Shown here: piece by piece, positions 1 to 8,293 of the stretch
How positions within the stretch are numbered: position 1 is the first letter of the stretch
Layout: every line of letters starts with the position of its first letter
DNA from: an uncultured Lachnospiraceae bacterium
Lineage (GTDB): Bacteria; Bacillota; Clostridia; Lachnospirales; Lachnospiraceae
NCBI GenBank assembly: GCA_947594855.1
Contig: CANQEL010000003.1
Span: 39,120 to 103,119, forward strand
Direction of reading: 5' to 3'
Length of the DNA stretch: 64,000 nucleotides
The notes under the pieces: model-generated
What the model was told of the DNA's origin: nothing
The model's input: the letters and a program-made list of their open reading frames with translations, nothing else
The model's database searches: none
Program-made: the position numbers and the translations under genes

Positions 1-2
1 AG

Positions 3-467
3 GGCGATGTAGAAACACTCGGAAGCATACAAAGCAGCGGTGAAAGTTACTGGTTTAACCAAAGGTTCCTTGAATTCAGAAACATATATCAGCTTCCTTT
101 CGACCAGCATTTCCTTTCCGCATTATACGCCAAAGAAGGCAGAACCCTTATGCTTATAGGCGGTTTTAACTGGGATACCTGGCAGAATACGCCTTCATTG
201 TGGTACAATTTCCAAAAAGCTAAAGAAGTATTTGATATGCTTGGACTTGGCAAAAATATCATCATTAACCTGCATGATACGGAAATGGGTCACGATATCG
301 TACATTCTGACGTAGTTAATCTCTTTAAATACTGTAATGAAATGTATAACCAGAAAGATGAACCGGATTTTGATATATCAGACCTGCAGACTTCATTATT
401 TGACTTTACGGACACTCCTTCAGGTATTAATAATAAAGCGGTATATGAAGCACAGATACCTGAATAA
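3..467 (+). CDS. alpha/beta-hydrolase, glucuronoyl-esterase (CE15)-like C-terminal portion; 5' end lies outside the window
   Basis: The frame is open from the window edge (GDVETLGSIQ...PFDQHFLSALYA...LIGGFNWDTW...MGHD). The PFDQH..L and late GH pattern resembles CE15 C-termini. The resemblance is from memory only. Confidence 0.4.
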   Translation, partial: GDVETLGSIQSSGESYWFNQRFLEFRNIYQLPFDQHFLSALYAKEGRTLMLIGGFNWDTWQNTPSLWYNFQKAKEVFDMLGLGKNIIINLHDTEMGHDIVHSDVVNLFKYCNEMYNQKDEPDFDISDLQTSLFDFTDTPSGINNKAVYEAQIPE

Positions 468-494
468 ATATCAAAATTTTTGAGGGAACGCTTT

Positions 495-1136
495 ATGTAT
501 TATTATCATATGACAACATTAAATAATCTCTATTCCATTGCTGCACAGGGATTGATACCTAAAAACGAAAATAACGGTAAACTAATTGGCGAAGAAAAAG
601 TTAAGGTATTTTTCTCTGAGGGATTTGAAGGCGCGATTGCCCTGTATGTGGATTTTGATATTGTATTTGATAAAATAAGAAAAGGACAGATGAATACAAC
701 AGATAAGTCCATAAAAAATAAAGTTCTAAAATCCAAAAATTTATCTGACTTTTTGGGTGAGGGAGTTTATTTGCGGTTTGACGGAACAGAAATCCAAAAT
801 GAAAGAAATTTTGAAAATGGTTGTACTGATATGACAATTTTGCCCGAAAATTTAAAAGTATGTATTTTGCGAAAAGGATATGATAATTCAGTTATAATAT
901 TTTCAAGATTCGAGATAATTAAATACATGATGGCAAAAATTAAGCCCGAACAGATAAAATATTATGGAGCAGTATATAAAGATTCTCCCAATTTTACGGA
1001 AGCAACAAGCCGAATACAGGAAAAAGTAAAAAAGTATTATAAAGACCATAAAGCGGAGATTGCGCAATATGATAACTGCGACTATATATTAGATTTTATT
1101 GACTTAAAAGATTTTGTTGATAGATTTATAGGTTGA
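495..1136 (+). CDS. hypothetical protein (possible ADP-ribosyltransferase-like fold, unverified)
   Basis: GAGGGA Shine-Dalgarno 7 nt before ATG 495. N-terminus YYHMTTLNNLYSIAAQGLIP, later GEGVYLRF. I recognise no family with certainty. Confidence 0.55.
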   Translation: MYYYHMTTLNNLYSIAAQGLIPKNENNGKLIGEEKVKVFFSEGFEGAIALYVDFDIVFDKIRKGQMNTTDKSIKNKVLKSKNLSDFLGEGVYLRFDGTEIQNERNFENGCTDMTILPENLKVCILRKGYDNSVIIFSRFEIIKYMMAKIKPEQIKYYGAVYKDSPNFTEATSRIQEKVKKYYKDHKAEIAQYDNCDYILDFIDLKDFVDRFIG

Positions 1137-1195
1137 ATTCATCCTAGAATTGACATATACTATTATTATTAAAATGACGTGGAGGTATATATAAA

Positions 1196-1438
1196 ATGAC
1201 TATCGATACAAATACAATGATTTCTATTACAGAAGCAAATCAAAATTTTTCAAAAGTAGCAAGACTGGTGGATGAGCACGGAACAGCAGTTATCCTGAAA
1301 AACAATGTTCCCCGGTATCTTGTTATTGATTTCAGTAAAGCAGAATCAGATTCTTATGCATCTGATGAAGATGTATTAAATATATCAAAAAAATTATTGG
1401 CAAAGAATAAGGAAGCATACGAGGTATTATCCCAATGA
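1196..1438 (+). CDS. type II antitoxin, Phd/YefM family
   Basis: 80 aa. ISITEANQNFSKVARLVDEHGTAVILKNNVPRYLVI is a typical Phd/YefM N-terminal fold. There is a GGAGG RBS and a 4-nt ATGA overlap with the downstream doc gene. Confidence 0.85.
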   Translation: MTIDTNTMISITEANQNFSKVARLVDEHGTAVILKNNVPRYLVIDFSKAESDSYASDEDVLNISKKLLAKNKEAYEVLSQ

Positions 1439-1818
1439 TCAGACTGACTAAAAAGCAGATTCTTGTATTACATTCTCAGTTGATTAAAGCCTACGGAGGC
1501 AGTGACGGAATCAGAGACGAAAAACTGCTTGAATCTGCATTAGAGAGTCCCTTTCAATCCTTTGGTGGAAAAGAACCATATCCCAGTATTCAGGCAAAAG
1601 CAGCACGGTTATGCTATGGACTGGTAAAAAATCATGCGATGATAGATGGCAACAAAAGAATTGGCGCTCATGCTATGCTAGTATTCATGGAAATGAATGG
1701 GTATGATTTGGAGTATTCACAAAAAGAGCTGATAGATTTGATTCTTGGTGTAGCAGCAGGACAAACATATTATGATGAGATTTTACATTGGCTGCTTGAA
1801 CATCAGAAATCATGTTAA
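1435..1818 (+). CDS. doc: type II toxin Doc (Fic-domain death-on-curing family)
   Basis: Fic/Doc motif HAMIDGNKRIG (HxFxDGNKR). 127 aa, translationally coupled to the Phd-like gene. Confidence 0.9.
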   Translation: MIRLTKKQILVLHSQLIKAYGGSDGIRDEKLLESALESPFQSFGGKEPYPSIQAKAARLCYGLVKNHAMIDGNKRIGAHAMLVFMEMNGYDLEYSQKELIDLILGVAAGQTYYDEILHWLLEHQKSC

Positions 1819-1866
1819 TATACTCTAATGCATATGCATATATGATTCAATGAAAGGAATGGTTTT

Positions 1867-2673
1867 ATGACATTTTCTGCAGAGTTTGGAATCCTGTTTA
1901 TTGTGGCGCTGGTGTGCTGCATTATTGGTTTTTATAAATATGTGTATTTTATCTCCATCGGTTATGGGTTAGCAATTTCCGGACAGGGAGCGGCAATGCT
2001 GCTCCTTCTTCGGGACAGGCTAAGCGTTCCGGTGGTAATCAGTTTTCTGCTATTTATATTGTATGGATTACGGCTTAGCGGCTATCTGATTTATCGTGAA
2101 GTAAAGAGTAACAGCTATCGCAGGCATATGAAGACGGAAATTAAGGATGGCTCCGATATGAATCCGTGGTTTAAAGTAATGCTGTGGATTTTTTGCGGTA
2201 TTTTGTATCTGTTTATGGTATCGCCGGTTTTTTACCGTTACTATAACGGAAACACAGACTGCACTATATCATTTGTGATTGGCACAGTTCTTATGGCCGG
2301 CGGAATTCTGCTTGAGTCCTTGTCTGATTTAAGCAAGAGCCGTCAGAAAAAGCTCAACCCGAAACGTTTTTGCGACAAAGGTTTGTTTCGGTTCGTGCGC
2401 TGTCCAAACTATCTCGGAGAACTGATTTTATGGACCGGCGTACTGATAGTCGGAATCACGTCTTTCCGGTCGGTGGGACAGTGGATTGTTTCACTGTTTG
2501 GTTATGCGGGAATTGTATTTGTAATGTTCTCCGGAGCCAGACGGCTTGAGGTACGACAGAATAAAAATTACAGCTCAGATCCGGAGTATCAGAAGTATGT
2601 AAAGACTGTTCCTATACTGCTGCCTTTTGTGCCGCTTTACAGCGTGGAAAAATATAAGTTTCTGATATTGTAG
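1867..2673 (+). CDS. DUF1295 / steroid-5-alpha-reductase-like integral membrane protein
   Basis: Multiple TM segments. C-terminal FVRCPNYLGELILWTG motif is typical of the DUF1295/ICMT-like family. Confidence 0.7.
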   Translation: MTFSAEFGILFIVALVCCIIGFYKYVYFISIGYGLAISGQGAAMLLLLRDRLSVPVVISFLLFILYGLRLSGYLIYREVKSNSYRRHMKTEIKDGSDMNPWFKVMLWIFCGILYLFMVSPVFYRYYNGNTDCTISFVIGTVLMAGGILLESLSDLSKSRQKKLNPKRFCDKGLFRFVRCPNYLGELILWTGVLIVGITSFRSVGQWIVSLFGYAGIVFVMFSGARRLEVRQNKNYSSDPEYQKYVKTVPILLPFVPLYSVEKYKFLIL

Positions 2674-2720
2674 GATATCTATATCTGTTTTTGTCTTATA
2701 AATTACCAGTATCAAATTCA

Positions 2721-2790
2721 TTGACAGAGACATACTAATATATTATAATTATTGTACAATAAATTGAACAATATACTGTACAATACAGTA
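2721..2790 (+). promoter_or_regulatory. sigmaA-type promoter (TTGACA-17-TATAAT) plus two TGTACA-core palindromes (candidate YefM operators)
   Basis: TTGACA at 2721-2726, 17-nt spacer, TATAAT at 2744-2749. TGTACA at 2753-2758 and at 2777-2782 (the second lies within ACTGTACAATACAGT). Centre-to-centre distance is 24 bp. Confidence 0.55.
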
Positions 2791-2810
2791 TATGGAAAGA
2801 AGGTATAATT

Positions 2811-3065
2811 ATGGTGGCGGTCAATTATTCAACCATAAGAAATAATTTAAAAAATTACTGTGATATGGCAACGGATTCAAATGAAACAGTTATTGTTACT
2901 CGTAAAGATGAGAAAAATGTCGTATTGATGAGTCTGGACAAATATAATCAGCTTGAAAAAGCAGCTAGGAATGCCGAATATCTTGCAATGATTGATAGGG
3001 GTATCTCACAATTAGAAGCCGGCAAAGGACAACAGCATGAATTAATTGAGGTGGAAGATGAATAA
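2811..3065 (+). CDS. yefM: type II antitoxin, YefM/Phd family (orphan; cognate toxin degraded)
   Basis: 84 aa. VNYSTIRNNLKNYCDMATDSNETVIVTRKDEKNVVLMSLDKYNQLEK is a typical YefM sequence. Its stop overlaps the start of the YoeB remnant. Confidence 0.85.
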   Translation: MVAVNYSTIRNNLKNYCDMATDSNETVIVTRKDEKNVVLMSLDKYNQLEKAARNAEYLAMIDRGISQLEAGKGQQHELIEVEDE

Positions 3066-3121
3066 ATTATGGTCAGATCGTGCATGGGATAATCGCATGT
3101 AAAGGACATTACGAAGATTAG
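3058..3121 (+). pseudogene. yoeB: yoeB/txe toxin remnant: N-terminal 12 codons fused out of frame to the last ~10 codons (internal deletion)
   Basis: ATG 3058 reads MNKLWSDRAWDNRM* (compare YoeB MKLIWSEESWDD). The +1 frame from ~3089 reads IIACKGHYED* (compare YoeB C-terminus LLIAACRYHY). About 190 nt of an ~255-nt gene are missing. Confidence 0.7.
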
Positions 3122-3126
3122 TTTTG

Positions 3127-3345
3127 TTAAAAGTCATTTACTTGAAAACCTACCGTTCTTCCGCCACTTCCTACAAGAGCAGCGCCGGCTGCCGAATTAT
3201 CAGATACGACAAGTAAAGCAATACTTGGGATTTCCAACAAATCAGCCATAAGATAAAATGAACTGGTCTCCATTTCTATCAAATCAGTATTAAATTCTTT
3301 AATTTCATCCAAATGATAATATTCATGAGTAATGGACCTGTTCAA
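3127..3345 (-). pseudogene. 5'-truncated fragment of a PNP/UDP-family nucleoside phosphorylase
   Basis: The 72-aa ORF contains DLIEMETSSFYLMADLLEIPSIALLVVSDNS, which resembles the C-terminal EME(T/S)..SD(N/H) region of nucleoside phosphorylases. No N-terminal two thirds are present upstream. Confidence 0.5.
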
Positions 3346-3498
3346 TGGACCTTTTCCATTATTTTTTTCATAGCCATTTCTCCATTATTAATTTGTCACG
3401 ATTATTATGCAATTTTCGTGACAAATTTGCAATCTTTTTTAATTTTATCAAATTCTTTTTCCATACCACACACCTGTATCATATCCAAAAAAAAGAAC

Positions 3499-3515
3499 TT
3501 TACATACATTTTACA
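3499..3515 (+). promoter_or_regulatory. candidate Pho box (direct TTTACA repeats with 11-bp period) upstream of pstS
   Basis: TTTACA at 3499-3504 and again at 3510-3515, about 90 nt upstream of the pstS ATG. The PhoP-type TT(A/T)ACA direct-repeat architecture is known from Bacillus. Confidence 0.45.
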
Positions 3516-3601
3516 TAACTGCGGTAACGGATTTTATTTTCCAAAGCTACCATATAACTGTACCTAAAAGGTAACGAAAAAAAGCAAAGGAGAATTTTAA
3601 A

Positions 3602-4411
3602 ATGAAGAAAATATTTACATTTATCATTACCGTATCTTTAACGGCACTTACGCTTACTGGTTGTTCCTCAAAACAAAAAAGCGGAACGGTTTCCACGGAT
3701 GGTTCCACATCCATGGAGGAAGTAATCGGCGTTCTCGGAGAAGCTTTTCAGGAGAAATACAACGGTATGTCCTTTACTTACAATCCCACCGGCTCGGGTT
3801 CCGGAATCCAGGCTGTAAAAGAAGGGCGCTGCGACATCGGTCTTTCCAGCCGCAGCCTGAAAGATGAGGAAAAAGCAGACGGTCTTACGGAAACAGTTCT
3901 TGCAAATGACGGAATTGCTGTGATTGTTAATCCCAAAAACACATTAAACGACATTGATGTGGATACAATTGCAAAAATCTATACGGGAGAAATCACAAAC
4001 TGGTCTGAGCTTGGCGGAAACGACGCACAGATTGTAGTTATCGGGCGTGAGGCCGGCAGCGGTACAAGAGATGGTTTTGAATCTATTACGGGTACTGAAA
4101 ATGCCTGTAAATACCGCCAGGAACTTACATCAACCGGCGATGTTATCACTACCGTTTCACAAAATCCTGACGCAATAGGTTACGCATCTCTTGCCGCCGT
4201 AAACGATCAGGTAAAAGCTCTTTTGGTAGGAGGAGTTGCTCCAAGTGAAGATACAGTAAAAGATGGCAGCTATGTCATACAGAGGCCTTTTGTTTTGGTA
4301 ACAAAAAATGATGAAAAACTTTCCGATGCGGCGCAGAAATTCTTTGACTTTGTGATGTCAGACGAAGCAGCCCCTCTCATCTCGCAGGCAGGCGCGGTAC
4401 CGGTAAAATAA
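3602..4411 (+). CDS. pstS: phosphate ABC transporter substrate-binding lipoprotein PstS
   Basis: Lipobox LTGCSS; TGSGSGIQAV and GREAGSGTRD motifs; first gene of the pstSCAB-phoU order. Confidence 0.9.
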   Translation: MKKIFTFIITVSLTALTLTGCSSKQKSGTVSTDGSTSMEEVIGVLGEAFQEKYNGMSFTYNPTGSGSGIQAVKEGRCDIGLSSRSLKDEEKADGLTETVLANDGIAVIVNPKNTLNDIDVDTIAKIYTGEITNWSELGGNDAQIVVIGREAGSGTRDGFESITGTENACKYRQELTSTGDVITTVSQNPDAIGYASLAAVNDQVKALLVGGVAPSEDTVKDGSYVIQRPFVLVTKNDEKLSDAAQKFFDFVMSDEAAPLISQAGAVPVK

Positions 4412-4423
4412 AGGAAATTAAAG

Positions 4424-5290
4424 ATGAAAAAACAAAAAATATTTGAAAATATCGTTCATGGCATATTTCTTATTCTTGGAATGATTACTGTCGGATGCGT
4501 ACTGCTTATTACGCTTTATCTGGTACTTGCCGGGATTCCGGCAATCCGAAAGATTGGGTTGTATGATTTCCTGTTTGGCGCAAAATGGGCGTCTACCGCA
4601 AAGGAGCCGTCCTACGGAATCCTTCCGTTTATACTGACTAGCATTTACGGCACTGCCGGCGCAATACTTATAGGCGTACCTGTCGGTTTTTTAACATCAG
4701 TATATCTGGCAAAACTTGCCCCGGCTAAAATCAAAACCGTTGTATCAGGCGCCGTAAGCTTACTTGCAGGTATTCCGTCCGTTGTCTACGGCCTTGTCGG
4801 AATGATGGTACTTGTCCCCGGAATCCGGAATCTGTTTCACATCCCTGACGGGGCAAGCCTTTTTGCAGCGATTATTGTGCTGGCAATTATGATTCTGCCG
4901 TCTATTATCAATATGTCGATTACCGCTTTAGAAGCCGTGCCAAAAGAATATGAAGATGCATCGCTCGCACTTGGCGCGGCTCCAATCGAAACCTACTTTA
5001 AAGTATCGGTTCCGGCTGCAAAAAGCGGGATTGCCGCAGCAGTGGTGCTTGGTGTCGGGCGGGCAATCGGAGAAGCAATGGCTGTAATGATGGTATCCGG
5101 CAATGCTCCGAATCTGCCTGAACTTTTCGGAAGCGTACGATTTCTGACAACTGCGGTAGCAAGTGAAATGTCCTATTCCGGCGGATTACAAAGACAGGCA
5201 TTATTTTCAATTGCACTTGTGCTTTTTTTGTTCATTATGCTTATCAATGCAGCGCTTAACTTCTTTTTAAAGCGCAGTAAGGAGGAATAA
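4424..5290 (+). CDS. pstC: phosphate ABC transporter permease PstC
   Basis: Six-TM permease following pstS. The sequence is typical of PstC. Confidence 0.9.
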   Translation: MKKQKIFENIVHGIFLILGMITVGCVLLITLYLVLAGIPAIRKIGLYDFLFGAKWASTAKEPSYGILPFILTSIYGTAGAILIGVPVGFLTSVYLAKLAPAKIKTVVSGAVSLLAGIPSVVYGLVGMMVLVPGIRNLFHIPDGASLFAAIIVLAIMILPSIINMSITALEAVPKEYEDASLALGAAPIETYFKVSVPAAKSGIAAAVVLGVGRAIGEAMAVMMVSGNAPNLPELFGSVRFLTTAVASEMSYSGGLQRQALFSIALVLFLFIMLINAALNFFLKRSKEE

Positions 5291-5295
5291 AAACA

Positions 5296-6156
5296 TTGGA
5301 AAGTCAGATTGGAACAAAACGAAAAATCAAAATAGCATTTTTGCGGTATCTTTGTGTGATTTGCGCAGCGTTTACCTGTGTGCTGGTTCTCTTTCTTATA
5401 GTTTATGTATTTGCAAAAGGTATTCCGAATATCTCATGGGAACTGCTGTCTGCAAAACCAAGTTACCTGTCAGGAAAAATCGGTATTCTGCCGGACATTA
5501 TGAATACTGTTTATATAATTATTGCAACACTGGCATTTGTATTGCCTCTCGGCGTGGGAGCGGCTGTTTATCTTACGGAATATGCAAAAAACAAACGGAT
5601 AGTCGCCATAATTGAATATGCCGCCGAGACACTTTCCGGAATTCCTTCCATTATATATGGTCTGGTGGGTATGCTGTTTTTCTGCCAGTTTTTGAATATG
5701 CAGACCTCGCTTTTGGCCGGAGCGCTTACCCTTGTGATTATGAATCTGCCGACAATCATGCGTACAACACAGGAAAGTCTGAAAACTGTACCCAATTCTT
5801 ACCGCGAGGGAGCTTTCGGTCTTGGCGCAGGAAAATGGCGCGTGATACGCACGGTTGTCCTGCCCGGCTGCATAGACGGCGTAATCACGGGCTGCATACT
5901 GTCTGTAGGACGTATTCTTGGCGAATCGGCAGCGCTTCTTTTTACGGCAGGATTTGCCCACACGCTGAACGGATTTTTTTACGGACTTAAAAGCGCCGGA
6001 GCAACTCTGACTGTCGCCCTCTATGTCTACGCAAAGGAACAGGGGGAATTTGGCGTAGCGTTTGCAATTGCACTTGTTCTGATGGTACTTACGCTTGCAA
6101 TCAATCTCTTTGCCATGATTGCAGGACATTATTTCAAAAGGAGACGGAATATATGA
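5296..6156 (+). CDS. pstA: phosphate ABC transporter permease PstA
   Basis: TTG start. Second permease of the operon, with a 4-nt overlap with pstB. Confidence 0.9.
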   Translation: MESQIGTKRKIKIAFLRYLCVICAAFTCVLVLFLIVYVFAKGIPNISWELLSAKPSYLSGKIGILPDIMNTVYIIIATLAFVLPLGVGAAVYLTEYAKNKRIVAIIEYAAETLSGIPSIIYGLVGMLFFCQFLNMQTSLLAGALTLVIMNLPTIMRTTQESLKTVPNSYREGAFGLGAGKWRVIRTVVLPGCIDGVITGCILSVGRILGESAALLFTAGFAHTLNGFFYGLKSAGATLTVALYVYAKEQGEFGVAFAIALVLMVLTLAINLFAMIAGHYFKRRRNI

Positions 6157-6914
6157 ATGATACTGATATCATTACAGTACGTGACTTAAATCTCTGGTAT
6201 GGCGGTACGCAGGCGCTTCACCATATCAATATGGATATTCCGAAAAAGGCGATAACAGCACTTATTGGACCGTCTGGTTGCGGTAAATCCACATTTCTTA
6301 AAACATTAGACCGGATGAATGATCTGATTCCCGGCGTTAAAATCACAGGAAAGATTTGTTATAAGGAAAATGATATTTTTGCACCCGGAATAGATGTGGG
6401 TATATTACGCAAGGAAATAGGCATGGTATTTCAGAAACCCAATCCGTTTCCCATGTCAGTCTATGATAATATCGCCTATGGTCCGCGCACCCACGGAATC
6501 CGTGCGAGGGCAAAGTTAGATGACATTGTGGAGCGCTCTCTTCGTGATGCCGCCATTTGGGATGAGGTAAAAGACAGGCTTAAAAAGAACGCTCTTGGGC
6601 TTTCCGGCGGACAGCAGCAAAGGCTTTGCATCGCCCGTGCTCTTGCAGTAGAGCCGGAAGTGCTTTTGATGGATGAGCCTACAAGCGCCCTTGACCCAAT
6701 ATCCACCTCAAGAATTGAAGAACTGGCTATGACACTTAAAGAAAAATACACAATAATTATTGTAACTCACAATATGCAGCAGGCGGTGCGGATTTCTGAC
6801 AGAACGGCGTTTTTCCTTTTGGGAGAACTCGTAGAGTACGGCGACACTGAAAAAATGTTTTCTAAACCTGCAGACCGCCGCACTGAAGATTATATCACAG
6901 GGAGGTTTGGATAA
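6153..6914 (+). CDS. pstB: phosphate ABC transporter ATP-binding protein PstB
   Basis: Walker [10 protein letters not shown], signature [14 protein letters not shown], Walker [12 protein letters not shown]. Confidence 0.95.
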   Translation: MNDTDIITVRDLNLWYGGTQALHHINMDIPKKAITALIGPSGCGKSTFLKTLDRMNDLIPGVKITGKICYKENDIFAPGIDVGILRKEIGMVFQKPNPFPMSVYDNIAYGPRTHGIRARAKLDDIVERSLRDAAIWDEVKDRLKKNALGLSGGQQQRLCIARALAVEPEVLLMDEPTSALDPISTSRIEELAMTLKEKYTIIIVTHNMQQAVRISDRTAFFLLGELVEYGDTEKMFSKPADRRTEDYITGRFG

Positions 6915-7555
6915 TGAGAACACGTTTTGACGAACAGCTTAACACGCTGAATCAGGAACTTATCAAAATGGGGGCTTTGTGTGAAGAAGTAATTTCCCTT
7001 GCAGTTTCCGCACTTATCAGAAAAGATGATGCACTGGCTGCAAAGATTGCCCCTCTCGACCACATGATAAATGAAAAGGAACGGCAGATTGAATCTATAT
7101 GTCTGCGGCTTTTATTGCAACAACAGCCGGTGGCTAAAGATCTCAGACAGATATCAGCTGCGTTAAAAATGGTAACGGATATGGAACGAATTGGTGATCA
7201 GGCGGAGGATATTGCAGAAATTCTGCCTTTTCTGAATGACAGGACTCTCCCTGAACATATAAAAATCCGGGAAATGGCAAAAGAGGTAATTAAAATGGTA
7301 ACGAACAGCGTAGACGCTTATGTGAAGCAGGATACTTCCATAGCCGAAGCGGTAATTGCATCTGATGATACCGTAGACGACTTTTTTGTAGGAATCAAAA
7401 ACAGCCTGATTTCATTGATTGCGCATAATCCTACCGAAGGAGAATATGCCCTTGACCTTTTAATGGCAGCGAAATATTTTGAAAGAATCGGGGACCACGC
7501 CACAAATATCGCCGGCTGGGTATTGTTTTCCGTTACCGGAGAAAAAAATGCATAG
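6914..7555 (+). CDS. phoU: phosphate signalling complex protein PhoU
   Basis: 213 aa with duplicated PhoU repeats (MERIGDQAEDI / FERIGDHATNI). Overlaps the pstB stop. Confidence 0.9.
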   Translation: MRTRFDEQLNTLNQELIKMGALCEEVISLAVSALIRKDDALAAKIAPLDHMINEKERQIESICLRLLLQQQPVAKDLRQISAALKMVTDMERIGDQAEDIAEILPFLNDRTLPEHIKIREMAKEVIKMVTNSVDAYVKQDTSIAEAVIASDDTVDDFFVGIKNSLISLIAHNPTEGEYALDLLMAAKYFERIGDHATNIAGWVLFSVTGEKNA

Positions 7556-7624
7556 CGGCAGAACAATTGAAATAATCATAAAAAAACGCTATGATATTAT
7601 TGGTATAGAAAGGAAGTGGACCTC

Positions 7625-8293
7625 TTGATTTTCTGTGTGGAAGATGACAACGCAATCCGCGATCTAATGATATATACATTACACTCAGCAGGCTTTGAGG
7701 CACGGGGATTTTCTGACGGGACGGCATTTCTCCATGCGCTTCGCGAGGAAAGCCCGCAGCTTGTACTGCTTGACATTATGCTCCCCGGAGAAGACGGCAT
7801 AAGCATTTTAAAACGGCTGCGCTCAGATGGCAATAAAGTGCCGGTCATACTGGCTACTGCAAAAGGAACCGAGTATGATAAGGTTATCGGTCTCGATTTC
7901 GGCGCAGACGATTATCTTGCAAAACCTTTTGGCATGATGGAAATGGTATCCCGTGTAAAAGCGGTACTGCGCCGCACCTATCCTTCCCAAAATAGCGAAG
8001 TACTGTCCCTGTGCGGAATACAGATGGACACGGCGCAGCATATTGTAATCGCTGAGGGGAAACGGGTTGAGCTTACTTTTAAAGAATATGAACTTCTCCG
8101 AAAATTTATGGAGAATCCCGGAAGGGCGTTTACCCGCGATCAGCTTCTTGACAGTATATGGGGCGACGCGTATATAGGTGAAACCCGCACGATAGATGTC
8201 CATATAGGTACGCTTCGTACTAAACTGGGACAATGCGGCAGCTGTATAGAAACCGTGCGCGGCGTTGGCTATCGATTGGAGGCGGGAAAATGA
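7625..8293 (+). CDS. phoP: OmpR-family response regulator (PhoP/PhoB-type)
   Basis: Receiver domain (LLDIMLPGEDG) and winged-helix C-terminus (VRGVGYRL). I prefer TTG 7625 over GTG 7616 because the AAGGAAG SD sits 8 nt upstream of it. Confidence 0.9.
   Translation: MIFCVEDDNAIRDLMIYTLHSAGFEARGFSDGTAFLHALREESPQLVLLDIMLPGEDGISILKRLRSDGNKVPVILATAKGTEYDKVIGLDFGADDYLAKPFGMMEMVSRVKAVLRRTYPSQNSEVLSLCGIQMDTAQHIVIAEGKRVELTFKEYELLRKFMENPGRAFTRDQLLDSIWGDAYIGETRTIDVHIGTLRTKLGQCGSCIETVRGVGYRLEAGK

Noticed and set aside
3313-3567. 84-aa plus-strand ORF in the region between the phosphorylase fragment and pstS.
   Set aside because: The product is hydrophobic and low-complexity, and no RBS precedes it. It spans the AT-rich pstS promoter and Pho-box region.
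5470-6129. 219-aa minus-strand ORF inside pstA, plus several other ORFs in the 4998-6129 range.
   Set aside because: It is antisense to a well-supported permease gene. The product is Cys/Arg/Lys-rich and low-complexity with no RBS. This is a typical shadow ORF.
8233-8289. N-terminal extension of the kinase ORF (start at 8233 in the ORF track).
   Set aside because: It would overlap the response-regulator C-terminus by 60 nt. ATG 8290 gives the usual ATGA coupling and a normal MTKRIF…TM start.
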